Shown here: one piece after another, positions 17,686 through 26,643 of the stretch | How positions within the stretch are numbered: the first letter of the stretch is position 1 | Layout of the letters: each line of letters opens with the position of its first letter | Origin: a virus | Lineage: Duplodnaviria > Caudoviricetes | IMG/VR virus record: IMGVR_UViG_3300049070_000135 | Location: 1 to 54,239 of that record | Length of the DNA: 54,239 nucleotides | Direction: 5' to 3' (one strand) | Made by a program: the position numbers and the translations under genes | The notes under the pieces: generated by a model | What the model was told of the DNA's origin: nothing | Seen by the model: the letters and a program-made list of their open reading frames with translations, nothing else | Database searches by the model: none

Positions 17686-17946
17686 ATGACGAAGTCACAG
17701 GCCAAGAAGACGTTGGAAGACGCCGGGTTTGGCAAGATTGACTGGGGCAACATCGACTGGGTCAAACTGTTCGAGATCATCCGGGCGCTGGTCGCCATGT
17801 TCAAGTCCCAGCCCCAGGCCGCCCGCGCGCCCAAGGGCGACGAGACCTACGACAGTGACGCCGCCCTGGACCACGCGAAGTGTCACTTCGAGTGCATCAA
17901 GGAGGTCGCCGAGTGCGGCGTCGCCTGCTGCGAGGGCGAACTGTAA
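17686..17946 (+). CDS. small hypothetical protein with Cys-rich C-terminus
   Basis: GGAG RBS, codon bias. Confidence 0.7.
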   Translation: MTKSQAKKTLEDAGFGKIDWGNIDWVKLFEIIRALVAMFKSQPQAARAPKGDETYDSDAALDHAKCHFECIKEVAECGVACCEGEL

Positions 17947-17974
17947 ACCGTCCCAACACCCGAACGGGGATACA

Positions 17975-18523
17975 ATGATGGGTGCTTATATCTTCAATAT
18001 TCTGTCCGTTCTGCGGATGGCCAAGGACACCCTGGTGTCGGCCGGGCCGCAGACGGCGTACACCATCGCCGAGGCTATGGAGCGGGTGGCCGAGGGCGCC
18101 CGCATGTTCGGCCGGTTCATCGAGCAGTACGGGGGCATGATCCAGTTTTCCCCCGGCGGCGGCCCGCCGGCCCTGGACGCCGACTCGCAGCAGTGGGTCG
18201 GCGAACTGGAAAAACTACACAGGGAAGTGGCGTCGGCCCTTCAGGTGGAAGGCGCCCAACCCGCGCAGGCCCAGCGGACGCCGGGCGGCCAGCGGACCAA
18301 GGCCGACCTGTTGCAAGAGGTGTCCGACCTGACGACCAAAGTCCTGGACGCGGTCGGCCGTGGGGAGCCGCCCCAGGCCCGCGAGGCGCAGGCCGCGCGT
18401 GAAGCGGCCCACGAGCCGGAACCGGCACAGCAGCGGGCACGACGCACCGCCCAGGCGCAACCCGCCCAGCAGAAGTCCGACGAGTCCCGTCCGCCCGGCC
18501 CGGCAGAAGTCCGACAGGGGTAG
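17975..18523 (+). CDS. hypothetical protein with low-complexity C-terminus
   Basis: GGGGA RBS before ATG 17975. Confidence 0.6.
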   Translation: MMGAYIFNILSVLRMAKDTLVSAGPQTAYTIAEAMERVAEGARMFGRFIEQYGGMIQFSPGGGPPALDADSQQWVGELEKLHREVASALQVEGAQPAQAQRTPGGQRTKADLLQEVSDLTTKVLDAVGRGEPPQAREAQAAREAAHEPEPAQQRARRTAQAQPAQQKSDESRPPGPAEVRQG

Positions 18524-18531
18524 GGGGCACC

Positions 18532-20052
18532 ATGCCATACCAGCGCATCGTCTTCAACCTGCAAGGTGGCGTCCGTCGCGAGAAGATGGGCGGCCGGGAT
18601 TACGTCGTGGCCCCGGCCGCCATCTTGGCGGAAGACGTCATCACCGGCAGCGCCGGTCCGGTCTATTACCCGGGTACGGAGATTGCCGAGTCCGTGCCCC
18701 TGTGGAACCACAAGCCGATCGTGGTCTACCACCCGACCGACGACCAGGGCGCGCCCATCAGCGCCTGCAACCCCAGCGTCCTGGACGCCCGGGGCATCGG
18801 GATGATGCTCAACGCCCGGTACGACGACAAACTTCGGGCGGAATGCTGGGTGGACGAGGAGCGGGCCAAGTCGGTGGACGCCCGAATCCTGACCGCCCTG
18901 AACGACGGCAAGCAAGTCGAAGTGTCCACCGGCCTGTTCATGGACCTGGAAACCAAGGCCGGGGTCCACAACGGTAAGGACTATTCCGGCATCGTCCGCC
19001 GGTACAAGCCCGACCACCTGGCCGCCCTGCCGGACAAGGTCGGGGCGTACAGCATCGCCCAGGGCGGCGGGATGCTGACCGTCAACCAGGGCCGGGAACC
19101 GGAACGGACGCAGCAAGTCCTGACCCGAAGCATGGAAGCGGCGCTGCGGCCCCTGGGGGCGAAGATCGTCAACAACGAACTGTCCTTCGGGGACATCCAC
19201 CGCCAGCTTTCCGACCTGCTGGCGAACAAGTACGGCGAGCCGGGCAAGTACTGGCCCGGACACGTCGAGGAGGTGTACAAGGACCGGTGCGTCTTCTGCA
19301 AGTCGTACAGCTACGAGGGCGGCGACACCAGGTACATGATCAAGTACAAGTTGAACAAGGGGGACGCCGTCGCCCTGGTGGGCGAGGCGGAAGAGGTGGT
19401 TCGGAAAACCGAGTACGTCACGGCGAACGAAACGCTCGTGGCGGACGGGGCCGGGGGCCTGACCCCCAAAGTGGAGGATCGACCTGTGGCATTCGACAAG
19501 AAGGCGCACGTCAGCGCCCTGATCGCCAACGGCGTCTACGCCGAGGCGGACCGGGCGACGCTGGAGGGGTTGCCGGACCCCATCGTGGAAAAGATTCCGG
19601 CCGTGAAGGCGACCCCGGCGGCGGCCCCGCCCAACCCCCCGCCGCCGACGAACAACGCCGGGCAGCAGCCGCAACCGGCCCTGACCAAAGAGCAGTACAT
19701 CGCCAACGCCCCCCCGGGCATCCGCGAGGTGTTGCAGGACAGCCTGAACATGGTCGCCCAGGAGCGGGAGCGGCTGATCGCCAACATCCAGAAGTCCCCC
19801 CGCAACGTGTTCACGCCGGAATACCTGAAGCACGAGTCCCGGACGATCCAGGAACTCCGGGGCCTGGCGGCGCTGGCGGGCATCGACGTGCAGAATTCTG
19901 CCGACAACCCGCCCATGTTCCTGAACGGCCAGGCCCCGCTGCCCAACTATGGCGGTGCCGGCGGCGGGGCGCCGGCGGTCAACCAGGCGGCCGTGACCGC
20001 CCCGCCCCTGCCGGCCGTAGAAATGGACTTCCCGTCGGCCTACGCGAAGTAA
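18532..20052 (+). CDS. prohead protease-scaffold protein (DUF2213-like)
   Basis: WNHKPIVVYHP, EVSTG, PDHLAALPD..GA.S...G; Pro/Gln-rich helical C-terminal half; upstream of decoration and capsid genes. Confidence 0.85.
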   Translation: MPYQRIVFNLQGGVRREKMGGRDYVVAPAAILAEDVITGSAGPVYYPGTEIAESVPLWNHKPIVVYHPTDDQGAPISACNPSVLDARGIGMMLNARYDDKLRAECWVDEERAKSVDARILTALNDGKQVEVSTGLFMDLETKAGVHNGKDYSGIVRRYKPDHLAALPDKVGAYSIAQGGGMLTVNQGREPERTQQVLTRSMEAALRPLGAKIVNNELSFGDIHRQLSDLLANKYGEPGKYWPGHVEEVYKDRCVFCKSYSYEGGDTRYMIKYKLNKGDAVALVGEAEEVVRKTEYVTANETLVADGAGGLTPKVEDRPVAFDKKAHVSALIANGVYAEADRATLEGLPDPIVEKIPAVKATPAAAPPNPPPPTNNAGQQPQPALTKEQYIANAPPGIREVLQDSLNMVAQERERLIANIQKSPRNVFTPEYLKHESRTIQELRGLAALAGIDVQNSADNPPMFLNGQAPLPNYGGAGGGAPAVNQAAVTAPPLPAVEMDFPSAYAK

Positions 20053-20091
20053 CTGGGGGCTTTTACTTTTACTAGATAGGAGATTTTCAAC

Positions 20092-20532
20092 ATGCCCTCA
20101 CCCAACACTATTGTGTTGAAGGCCAACGGCCTGTCCGAACGCTACGACGAGGCGTCCGCGGCGGGCGCCATCACGCCGGGACACCTGATCCAGATGGACA
20201 GCAACGGTGCCGTCGTCGTCCACAGCACCATCTGGGGCGGCGGCGAGGCGGTGTTCGCCATCGAGGACAGCTTCCAGGGCAAGACCATCGACAACGCCTA
20301 CGCATCCGGGGACAAGGTCCGGATGCACCGGGCACAACTGGGCGACGAGATTTACGCCTTCCTGTCGCCCACCGGGGGCACCGCCGCCATCGGCAGCGTG
20401 CTGTCCAGCAAGGGCGACGGCACCTTGCAGGTCACGGGCGCCGGCACCGGCGCCCTGAAGTTCACGTCCCTGGAGGCCGTCCCCCAGGGCACCGCGGCCC
20501 AGCGCCTGCGCGTCCGCGTCGGCCGCTGGTAA
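20092..20532 (+). CDS. head decoration protein
   Basis: AAGAITPGHL...GKTIDNAYASGD...L.S.GDGTL; synteny. Confidence 0.75.
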   Translation: MPSPNTIVLKANGLSERYDEASAAGAITPGHLIQMDSNGAVVVHSTIWGGGEAVFAIEDSFQGKTIDNAYASGDKVRMHRAQLGDEIYAFLSPTGGTAAIGSVLSSKGDGTLQVTGAGTGALKFTSLEAVPQGTAAQRLRVRVGRW

Positions 20533-20592
20533 TCGAAGTAGCGTCCACGCCTTTGGGGGGGCGTGCCTGACCCAACACTTGAAAGGTTATAC

Positions 20593-21738
20593 ATGTCCTT
20601 CCAACTCGTTCTTAACGGCCTGGGGTCGGGCAGTTCCCTGCAACGACTCCTGGCGGCAAACATGGACCCGGACGTGCTGCGTCCCTGGGTCGAACTGGAC
20701 CAGTACGGCCGACCGACCGGCCGCAACTGCATCACGATCAACGTCAAGAACCCGGACGGTTCGGTCAAGTACCGGACCGACGAAAAGACCGGCGCCCTGC
20801 TGCTCAACAGTCTGGGTAAACCCGTCCCCTGCCGGCAAAACCTGCTGACCAACGCCCCCGCCACGCTGCGCCAGGAGGACTGGCTGCGGATTGACGAGCG
20901 GGTGCGGTTCGCCGCCAAGCAGCGCCTGCGGCTGTGGGGCGACGTGTACGGCACCAACCCGGTCAACATCCCCAACGGCATGGGTACGATCGCCCTGCAA
21001 CACGCCGTGGCGACCGGCGACGCCAGCGCCACGATCAGCATGGACCCGATCCGCAAGGGCGAACGGTCGCGGCCCACGCTGGACACGGCGCTGATCCCGC
21101 TGCCGGTGATTCACAGTGACGGCAGCTTCAGCGCCAGGGAAATCGCCGTCAGCCGTAACGGCGGCCTGCCCCTGGACACGACCAACATCGAACTGTCCAG
21201 CCGCAAGGTGGCGGAAACGGTCGAACAGTTGACCCTGGGCACGGCGTCGTCCTACACCTACGCGGGCGGCACGATCTACGGACTGATTAACCACCCGACG
21301 CGGTTCACCAAGGTCTTGACCGCCCCGACCGGTTCCAACGGCGGCACGACGCTGGCAGAGCTTCTGGACATGATCCAGACGCTCCAGAACAACTTCTACT
21401 ACGGCCCATACATCGCCTACTACAGTAATTCCTGGGAACAGTACCTCGCCCGGGACTACACCACGACCTACCCCGGCAGCCTCCGCCGCCGCATCCAGGA
21501 GGGCATCCCCCAGATCGCCGCCTGGCGGAACCTGGACTACCTGACCGGCTACCAGATCATCCTCGTCCAGATGACGCCCGACGTCATCGAGGGCATCCAG
21601 GGGATGCCGATCACCACCGTGCAATGGGAAGAGCAGGGCGGATTCGAGCAGTGCTTCAAGGTGTTGTGCATCCAGGTGCCCCGCGTCCGGGCGGACGGCA
21701 ACGGCAAGTTGGGGGTTATGCATGGGGCTGTGCCGTAG
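20593..21738 (+). CDS. major capsid protein (HK97 fold, encapsulin-like type)
   Basis: ATLRQEDWLRID, PLPVIHSD.SFSAREI..SRNGG.PLD, IYGLINHP, FKV..IQVPRVRAD; synteny. Confidence 0.88.
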   Translation: MSFQLVLNGLGSGSSLQRLLAANMDPDVLRPWVELDQYGRPTGRNCITINVKNPDGSVKYRTDEKTGALLLNSLGKPVPCRQNLLTNAPATLRQEDWLRIDERVRFAAKQRLRLWGDVYGTNPVNIPNGMGTIALQHAVATGDASATISMDPIRKGERSRPTLDTALIPLPVIHSDGSFSAREIAVSRNGGLPLDTTNIELSSRKVAETVEQLTLGTASSYTYAGGTIYGLINHPTRFTKVLTAPTGSNGGTTLAELLDMIQTLQNNFYYGPYIAYYSNSWEQYLARDYTTTYPGSLRRRIQEGIPQIAAWRNLDYLTGYQIILVQMTPDVIEGIQGMPITTVQWEEQGGFEQCFKVLCIQVPRVRADGNGKLGVMHGAVP

Positions 21739-21786
21739 CCTAACGGCTTCCAAGTTTCGGAACCCTAACTAATTCGGAGGCCGATC

Positions 21787-22596
21787 ATGGCAAAGGCGAA
21801 AACCGCGAACGGCCGGACGGCGCGTTCGCCCCAGCAGCAGGAAAGTGGGCAGGAGCGGCAGCGGCAGCAGCGGACCCAGGAACAGCGGTCCCAACCGGCC
21901 CCGCCCCCGGCGGAAGACAACGTGGCCCGCACCGCCCGCGGCCAAGAGGCGGAACTGTTGCGACAGCAGCAGCAACGGGACGAGGCCGAACGCGGGGCGG
22001 CGATGGCCCGCCAGGCGGCTGAAGAGGCCGCGGAAGCCGAGGCCGAGGCCCGTGCGGCGATGCCGGGGCGGCAGTCCACGGAAGTCCACGAGTTCGTCCT
22101 CCTGTCCGGTGAATTCAGGGACGAGAACGGGGTCAACTACGTGTACAGCCGCGACCAGGAAACCGTCGTCACGCACACGAAGCGGCTGGACCAGGTGTTC
22201 ATGAACAAGTTCCGCTACCTGGGCGGCGGCACGTCCCCGGGCCGGGACTACCGCCCGGCGTTCGACCGGGCGGGCCTGGAAGACGCCCCGCTGGCGGAGC
22301 GGCTGCCCCACGGGCAGGCGACGCAGTTCACGCGGGACACGGACCTGGCCGCGGTGGAACAGTTGACCAAGACCCGCGCCGGCGGGGCGGACGCCCAGGC
22401 CCAGATGCAGACCGGCGCGCAGGGCGAGGACGTCACCGACGAGTTCGACGGGGCCAGGGACGCCGACATGGTCGTCTTCAAGCAGGGCCGCCAGTACCGC
22501 GTCTACGACAAGGACGACACGGGCAGCCCCATCAACGAGGACGAACTGACCCGCAAGGAGGACGTGGCGGCGTTCATCAAGGACGCGACGGAGTAG
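21787..22596 (+). CDS. Gln/Glu-rich hypothetical head-associated protein
   Basis: GGAGG RBS; follows the capsid gene. Confidence 0.7.
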   Translation: MAKAKTANGRTARSPQQQESGQERQRQQRTQEQRSQPAPPPAEDNVARTARGQEAELLRQQQQRDEAERGAAMARQAAEEAAEAEAEARAAMPGRQSTEVHEFVLLSGEFRDENGVNYVYSRDQETVVTHTKRLDQVFMNKFRYLGGGTSPGRDYRPAFDRAGLEDAPLAERLPHGQATQFTRDTDLAAVEQLTKTRAGGADAQAQMQTGAQGEDVTDEFDGARDADMVVFKQGRQYRVYDKDDTGSPINEDELTRKEDVAAFIKDATE

Positions 22597-22599
22597 ACC

Positions 22600-23013
22600 G
22601 TGGCCCGGACCACCGCAGAACTGGTCGGGGGCGTCATCGGGATCGAACCCGGTGACGACGTGAACCCGTTCATCGACGGGGCGAACGACCTCGTGACCGC
22701 CCACTGCACCGGCAGCGGGTATTCGGACGCGCGGCTGGAGTTTATCGAGCGGTGGCTGGCCGCCCACCTGTACGACGTGATGCGACCCCGGACTTCGCAG
22801 GAAGGGATTTCCGGGGGCACGCAGGAACAGTACGAGCGGGTGGCCGTGGACCTGTTCCTGAACAACACGAAGTACGGCCAGATGGCGATGTTCTTCGACA
22901 GCGCCGGCAACCTGGCCGCCATCAACAACAGCCTGAAGGTGGTCAAGGCCGCTCTGGGCGCCCAGGGCACGGCCGGGACGACCTGGCTGGGGACGGAACT
23001 GGAGGCGTTCTGA
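22600..23013 (+). CDS. head-tail adaptor (DUF4054-like)
   Basis: IERWLAAH, L..TKYGQMA..FD..G.L. Confidence 0.75.
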   Translation: MARTTAELVGGVIGIEPGDDVNPFIDGANDLVTAHCTGSGYSDARLEFIERWLAAHLYDVMRPRTSQEGISGGTQEQYERVAVDLFLNNTKYGQMAMFFDSAGNLAAINNSLKVVKAALGAQGTAGTTWLGTELEAF

Positions 23014-23366
23014 TGCGGGTGCTCAGACGCCGTTATCAAAATGCCCTCTACTGGTCTCCTGGCGGCATCGACGCGGACGGCAACCGGGTGTACGGGACCG
23101 TGGTGGAACTGAAAGACGACCGTGCGGTGCGGTGGGAGGATATCAACGAGGCGGTGACGACCCGGTCCGGCGAAACCATCGTGTCCCGCAGCAAGGTCTA
23201 CGCCGGGGAAGACCTGGAAGAGGAAGGCGTCCTGTGGCTGGGGAGCCTGGCCGACGCGGTCAGTACGACGCAACCGTTCGCCAACCCCGGGGCGTTTGAA
23301 ATCCGAAAGTTCAGTAAGATTCCCAACCTCCGGGCGACGGAATTCTTGAGAGTGGCTTGGTTGTAA
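23013..23366 (+). CDS. head closure/stopper protein
   Basis: Q.A.YW...D..G...YG..., VRWE; TGATG overlap; synteny. Confidence 0.7.
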   Translation: MRVLRRRYQNALYWSPGGIDADGNRVYGTVVELKDDRAVRWEDINEAVTTRSGETIVSRSKVYAGEDLEEEGVLWLGSLADAVSTTQPFANPGAFEIRKFSKIPNLRATEFLRVAWL

Positions 23367-23367
23367 C

Positions 23368-23898
23368 ATGGGTTTGAAATTCACAGATACCGGGTTCCAG
23401 GCCCGACTGTTGGCCACGCAAAAGCAGATGGAACATCTGCAAAAGCAGATGCCGTTCACGGTCAGGCAGGCGCTCCAGCGTGGCGGGGAAATCATTCTGG
23501 AAAAGGCCCGCTACTACTGTCCGGTGGAAACCGGCCGGCTGCGGACGCACAGCGGCGTCAGCCTGCCCGAGGGGGACGAACTGATCCGGGTCGAAATCAC
23601 CTTCGACATGGCCTACGCCGTGTTCGTCCACGAGGACGTGTCGAAGAACCATGCTTCCCCGACCCGGGCGAAGTTCCTGGAACTGGCGGTCAGGGAAACA
23701 AAAAGTGAGGTGTCCTGGGCGATCGGTACGGCGGTCAAGTCCGGCTTCGGTACGGTGCCGGCGTTCGACAGGGGCCGGTCGCTGAACCCCGCCCCGCCGG
23801 CCGTCCAGGCGGAAACCCGCAAGGCGGTGCGGCAGATGGGCAAGCGGCTGGTCCGCGGGGTCGCCGTGCCCCGCCGGCCCCGGACCATGCGGGACTAG
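23368..23898 (+). CDS. HK97 gp10-like tail completion protein
   Basis: CPVETGRLR, YAVFVHE, AKFLE. Confidence 0.8.
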   Translation: MGLKFTDTGFQARLLATQKQMEHLQKQMPFTVRQALQRGGEIILEKARYYCPVETGRLRTHSGVSLPEGDELIRVEITFDMAYAVFVHEDVSKNHASPTRAKFLELAVRETKSEVSWAIGTAVKSGFGTVPAFDRGRSLNPAPPAVQAETRKAVRQMGKRLVRGVAVPRRPRTMRD

Positions 23899-23900
23899 CG

Positions 23901-24362
23901 ATGAACGACCGCCCGGCCCGGATATTCGCCCAGTACCTTGTGGACCAGGGCGTGGGCGTGTTCAGCACGCCCACGGGAACGGGCTGGGGCGTCGTGGCGG
24001 GGCCGCTGCCTGTCAGCACGCACGACCGCTGGGTCAGCGTCCAGGACACCGGGGCCGTCGTCCACGGCCGCCTGCACACGGGCGACAACAGCCAGACCCA
24101 GACGGTCATCGTCACCGTCCGGGGCACGCTGGACGCGGACGTGGCCTGGGACAAGTGTGTGCAGGTCGAAGGCTTATGTAACCCGGTCGGGGTCATCACG
24201 GGCACGACGCCCAGTAACCCGACGGTCGTCGTGGGGGGGAACACCTACCGGCTGAAGGGGGCGCACGTGTACATCCCCCCCACGCCGATGGGTAGGGAAG
24301 AGCAGTCCAACCGGTGGCTGTACAGCGTTAACGTCCGACTGTCCTTCGCGGAGGGTCCGTAA
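23901..24362 (+). CDS. tail terminator / minor capsid-type protein
   Basis: VQDTG, VTVRG, R.LYSVN; immediately upstream of the tail tube gene. Confidence 0.7.
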   Translation: MNDRPARIFAQYLVDQGVGVFSTPTGTGWGVVAGPLPVSTHDRWVSVQDTGAVVHGRLHTGDNSQTQTVIVTVRGTLDADVAWDKCVQVEGLCNPVGVITGTTPSNPTVVVGGNTYRLKGAHVYIPPTPMGREEQSNRWLYSVNVRLSFAEGP

Positions 24363-24364
24363 CC

Positions 24365-24805
24365 ATGCCCGACGGCACACGACTCAAAGACGGGTTTTCG
24401 ACCATCATCACCTTCGACGGGGCGACCGGGGCTTCACTGTGGGAGCAGACCATCGCACCCCCCGGGGCCGCCGGGGGCGGTGCCAACGACACGACGACCA
24501 TGCGGAACATCGCGTGGCGGACCCGCCAGCCGAAGAAGCTATCGACGCTGACGGACGCCACGGGCGTGGCCCAGTACGACCCGATCTTTTACGGGGCCAA
24601 CTTGGCGGCCCTGTTGCGGACCAACGGACGCATCGTGGTCACGTTCCCCAACGGCGGGACGCTGACCTTCTGGGGCTGGCTGGACGAGTTCAAGCCCAAC
24701 CCCCACAAGGAGGGCGAGCCGCCGACGGTGAACTTCACGGTGATCCCGTCCAACCAGGACGCCACGGGTGCGGAGATCGCCCCGCTGTACGCCGCGCCGT
24801 CGTAG
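24365..24805 (+). CDS. major tail tube protein
   Basis: PPG..GG...DTTTM, YDP, VTFPNGGTLTFWGW..F.P. Confidence 0.75.
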   Translation: MPDGTRLKDGFSTIITFDGATGASLWEQTIAPPGAAGGGANDTTTMRNIAWRTRQPKKLSTLTDATGVAQYDPIFYGANLAALLRTNGRIVVTFPNGGTLTFWGWLDEFKPNPHKEGEPPTVNFTVIPSNQDATGAEIAPLYAAPS

Positions 24806-24850
24806 TGTTTTTCCGTCGGACGGGGGTTGCCCGGTCAGGAAGGGGGCGGA

Positions 24851-25396
24851 ATGTGGTTTTGGTCAATCCCACTCGCCGATACACAGTTGACCGAGGTCCA
24901 GATCGGCCGCTACGTCGCCGTCGGGGTGGCGGTCGGGACCGCGATCGGGGTGATATTCACGAAGTTGGTCGCCGGGGCCATCCGGTGGAAACAGGGTAAG
25001 TCCAAGATCAGCCGGGAGGAGATGGAGGCCAACCAAAAGGCGGCCGAGGCGGAATTCGACTTCCAGCAGCGGATCGACAATTCCATCGAGGTCGCCCGCA
25101 AGAAGTTGGTCCGGGACCAGGACGCCCAGATCAAGAAGTTGGAAAACAAGGTGGACAAGCTGGAAGTGGAGAACGACAGGTGCCGCGAGGACTATCAGAA
25201 CGTCCTGGCCGACAACATCGCCCAGAAGCGGTGGAACCTGGATTTGAAGGTCCACGTCCAACACCTGGAAGTTAGGATGAGGAATTATGAGGAGTTGATG
25301 GTCAAAAAGGGGATCGACTTCGTCCCCTTCATCATCTTCCGCGACCTGACGGAAGGGAAGCCGAAGCCGGGGGAAGGCGGGGGGGCCGGTGGCTGA
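24851..25396 (+). CDS. membrane-anchored coiled-coil protein (holin/spanin-like?)
   Basis: N-terminal TM helix followed by a long coiled coil. Confidence 0.65.
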   Translation: MWFWSIPLADTQLTEVQIGRYVAVGVAVGTAIGVIFTKLVAGAIRWKQGKSKISREEMEANQKAAEAEFDFQQRIDNSIEVARKKLVRDQDAQIKKLENKVDKLEVENDRCREDYQNVLADNIAQKRWNLDLKVHVQHLEVRMRNYEELMVKKGIDFVPFIIFRDLTEGKPKPGEGGGAGG

Positions 25397-25778
25397 AATC
25401 CTCGACTGGGTTAATTTCGTACTGAACCTCGCCTGTGTCCTGATGATTACCACCCTGCTGGTGATCTCGGCGCAAAACAGGCGCCGGTTCGCCAAACACC
25501 TCGACTACGTCGAGAAGAAGACCGACGAGTATCTGACCATCATCAAGCAGGTCGGCGCCCTGACCACGGGCAGGATCGGTCAGGCCCAGAAAGACCTGGA
25601 GCGGACCGGGGACAAGATACAGCACAAACTCACGGAGACCGGTCAAGAAATCCGCAAAGAGGTGATCCAGACGGTGGCCACCACCACGACCGAGAGGTTC
25701 CCGAAGATGGACACCGACCTACCGCCCGCGCCTGAGACGGGCAAGATTCCGAAAATGGGGGATGAAAGAAACTTATGA
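25389..25778 (+). CDS. membrane-anchored coiled-coil protein
   Basis: N-terminal TM (WVNFVLNLACVLMITTLLVISA). Confidence 0.65.
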   Translation: MAEILDWVNFVLNLACVLMITTLLVISAQNRRRFAKHLDYVEKKTDEYLTIIKQVGALTTGRIGQAQKDLERTGDKIQHKLTETGQEIRKEVIQTVATTTTERFPKMDTDLPPAPETGKIPKMGDERNL

Positions 25779-26200
25779 GCGAAGACATCCGAACGGAAAC
25801 CACGACCGTTGACGTCCAACTGACGAACGGCAAGCCGAAGGAAGACCTGTACGACGTGCTGGAGACGCACGTCGAACCCAGGCCCGTCTGGATTCGCACG
25901 AAGAAGGACGGCCAGCCCGAACGCCACGAAGTCCGCGAACTGGGCGACAAGGACCTGGCCTGGGTCATGCGGCGCATGGGCCGGCGCGTCCAGGTGGTGG
26001 ACGGCAAGCCCGTCAAGCAGGACTACGAGGGGATGCACGCCGACCTGATCCACCTCTGCCTGTACGGCCCCGACAACAAGCGGGTGAACAAGGACGTCAT
26101 CAACGGCTGGGGCACGAACATCAAGCAACGGCTGTTCTACATCTGCCAGGAGCACAACGCCCTGCTGCGGAAGGTAGAGGAAGAGGAGGGAAAAGACTAG
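25775..26200 (+). CDS. tail assembly chaperone (gpG-like)
   Basis: position before tape measure; ends in slippery G GGA AAA. Confidence 0.8.
   Translation: MSEDIRTETTTVDVQLTNGKPKEDLYDVLETHVEPRPVWIRTKKDGQPERHEVRELGDKDLAWVMRRMGRRVQVVDGKPVKQDYEGMHADLIHLCLYGPDNKRVNKDVINGWGTNIKQRLFYICQEHNALLRKVEEEEGKD
26188..26194 (+). other. programmed -1 frameshift site
   Basis: G GGA AAA; the -1 frame is open (RLEAGGPEFWLLKVADRL...) to the stop at 26640. Confidence 0.85.
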
Positions 26201-26640
26201 AGGCGGGCGGGCCGGAATTCTGGCTGCTGAAGGTCGCCGACCGCCTGAAACGCCCGATCCGCGAACTGAACATGGGGGCGGTCGAATTCTGCTGGTGGAA
26301 GTGGCTGATCCAAAAGGAGCAGTCCGACCAGTGGTTGACGCACGACCGCAAGGACTGGCAACTGGCCAAGATCGCCCACATGGTCTACGTCCTGATCGCC
26401 TCGGTGGCCGGGATGTTCGGCGGCAAGGTGGAAATCCGCCAACAACTGGACGACTTCCTGGCCGACGAACTGGCCAAGAAGTCGGGGGCGGTCAAGGTCA
26501 AGAAGCGACGGACCCGCCGCGAACGACTGGCCCGCGGGGCGGACCGCAAGCGACGCCGCGAAGAACAGGTCGCCCTGGCGACCGCCGCGTCCCAGGCCAA
26601 GTGGTTCGCGGCGGTGGGCTACGACCCCAACAAGAAGTGA
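26194..26640 (+). CDS. tail assembly chaperone frameshift extension (gpT-like)
   Basis: -1 frame continuation of 25775-26200; FWL.KVADRLKR.I.EL pattern. Confidence 0.78.
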   Translation, partial: RLEAGGPEFWLLKVADRLKRPIRELNMGAVEFCWWKWLIQKEQSDQWLTHDRKDWQLAKIAHMVYVLIASVAGMFGGKVEIRQQLDDFLADELAKKSGAVKVKKRRTRRERLARGADRKRRREEQVALATAASQAKWFAAVGYDPNKK

Positions 26641-26643
26641 CCC

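Noticed and set aside
20593-21738. Encapsulin nanocompartment
   Set aside because: It sits in a complete head-tail operon with portal, protease and terminase, so it is the phage capsid.
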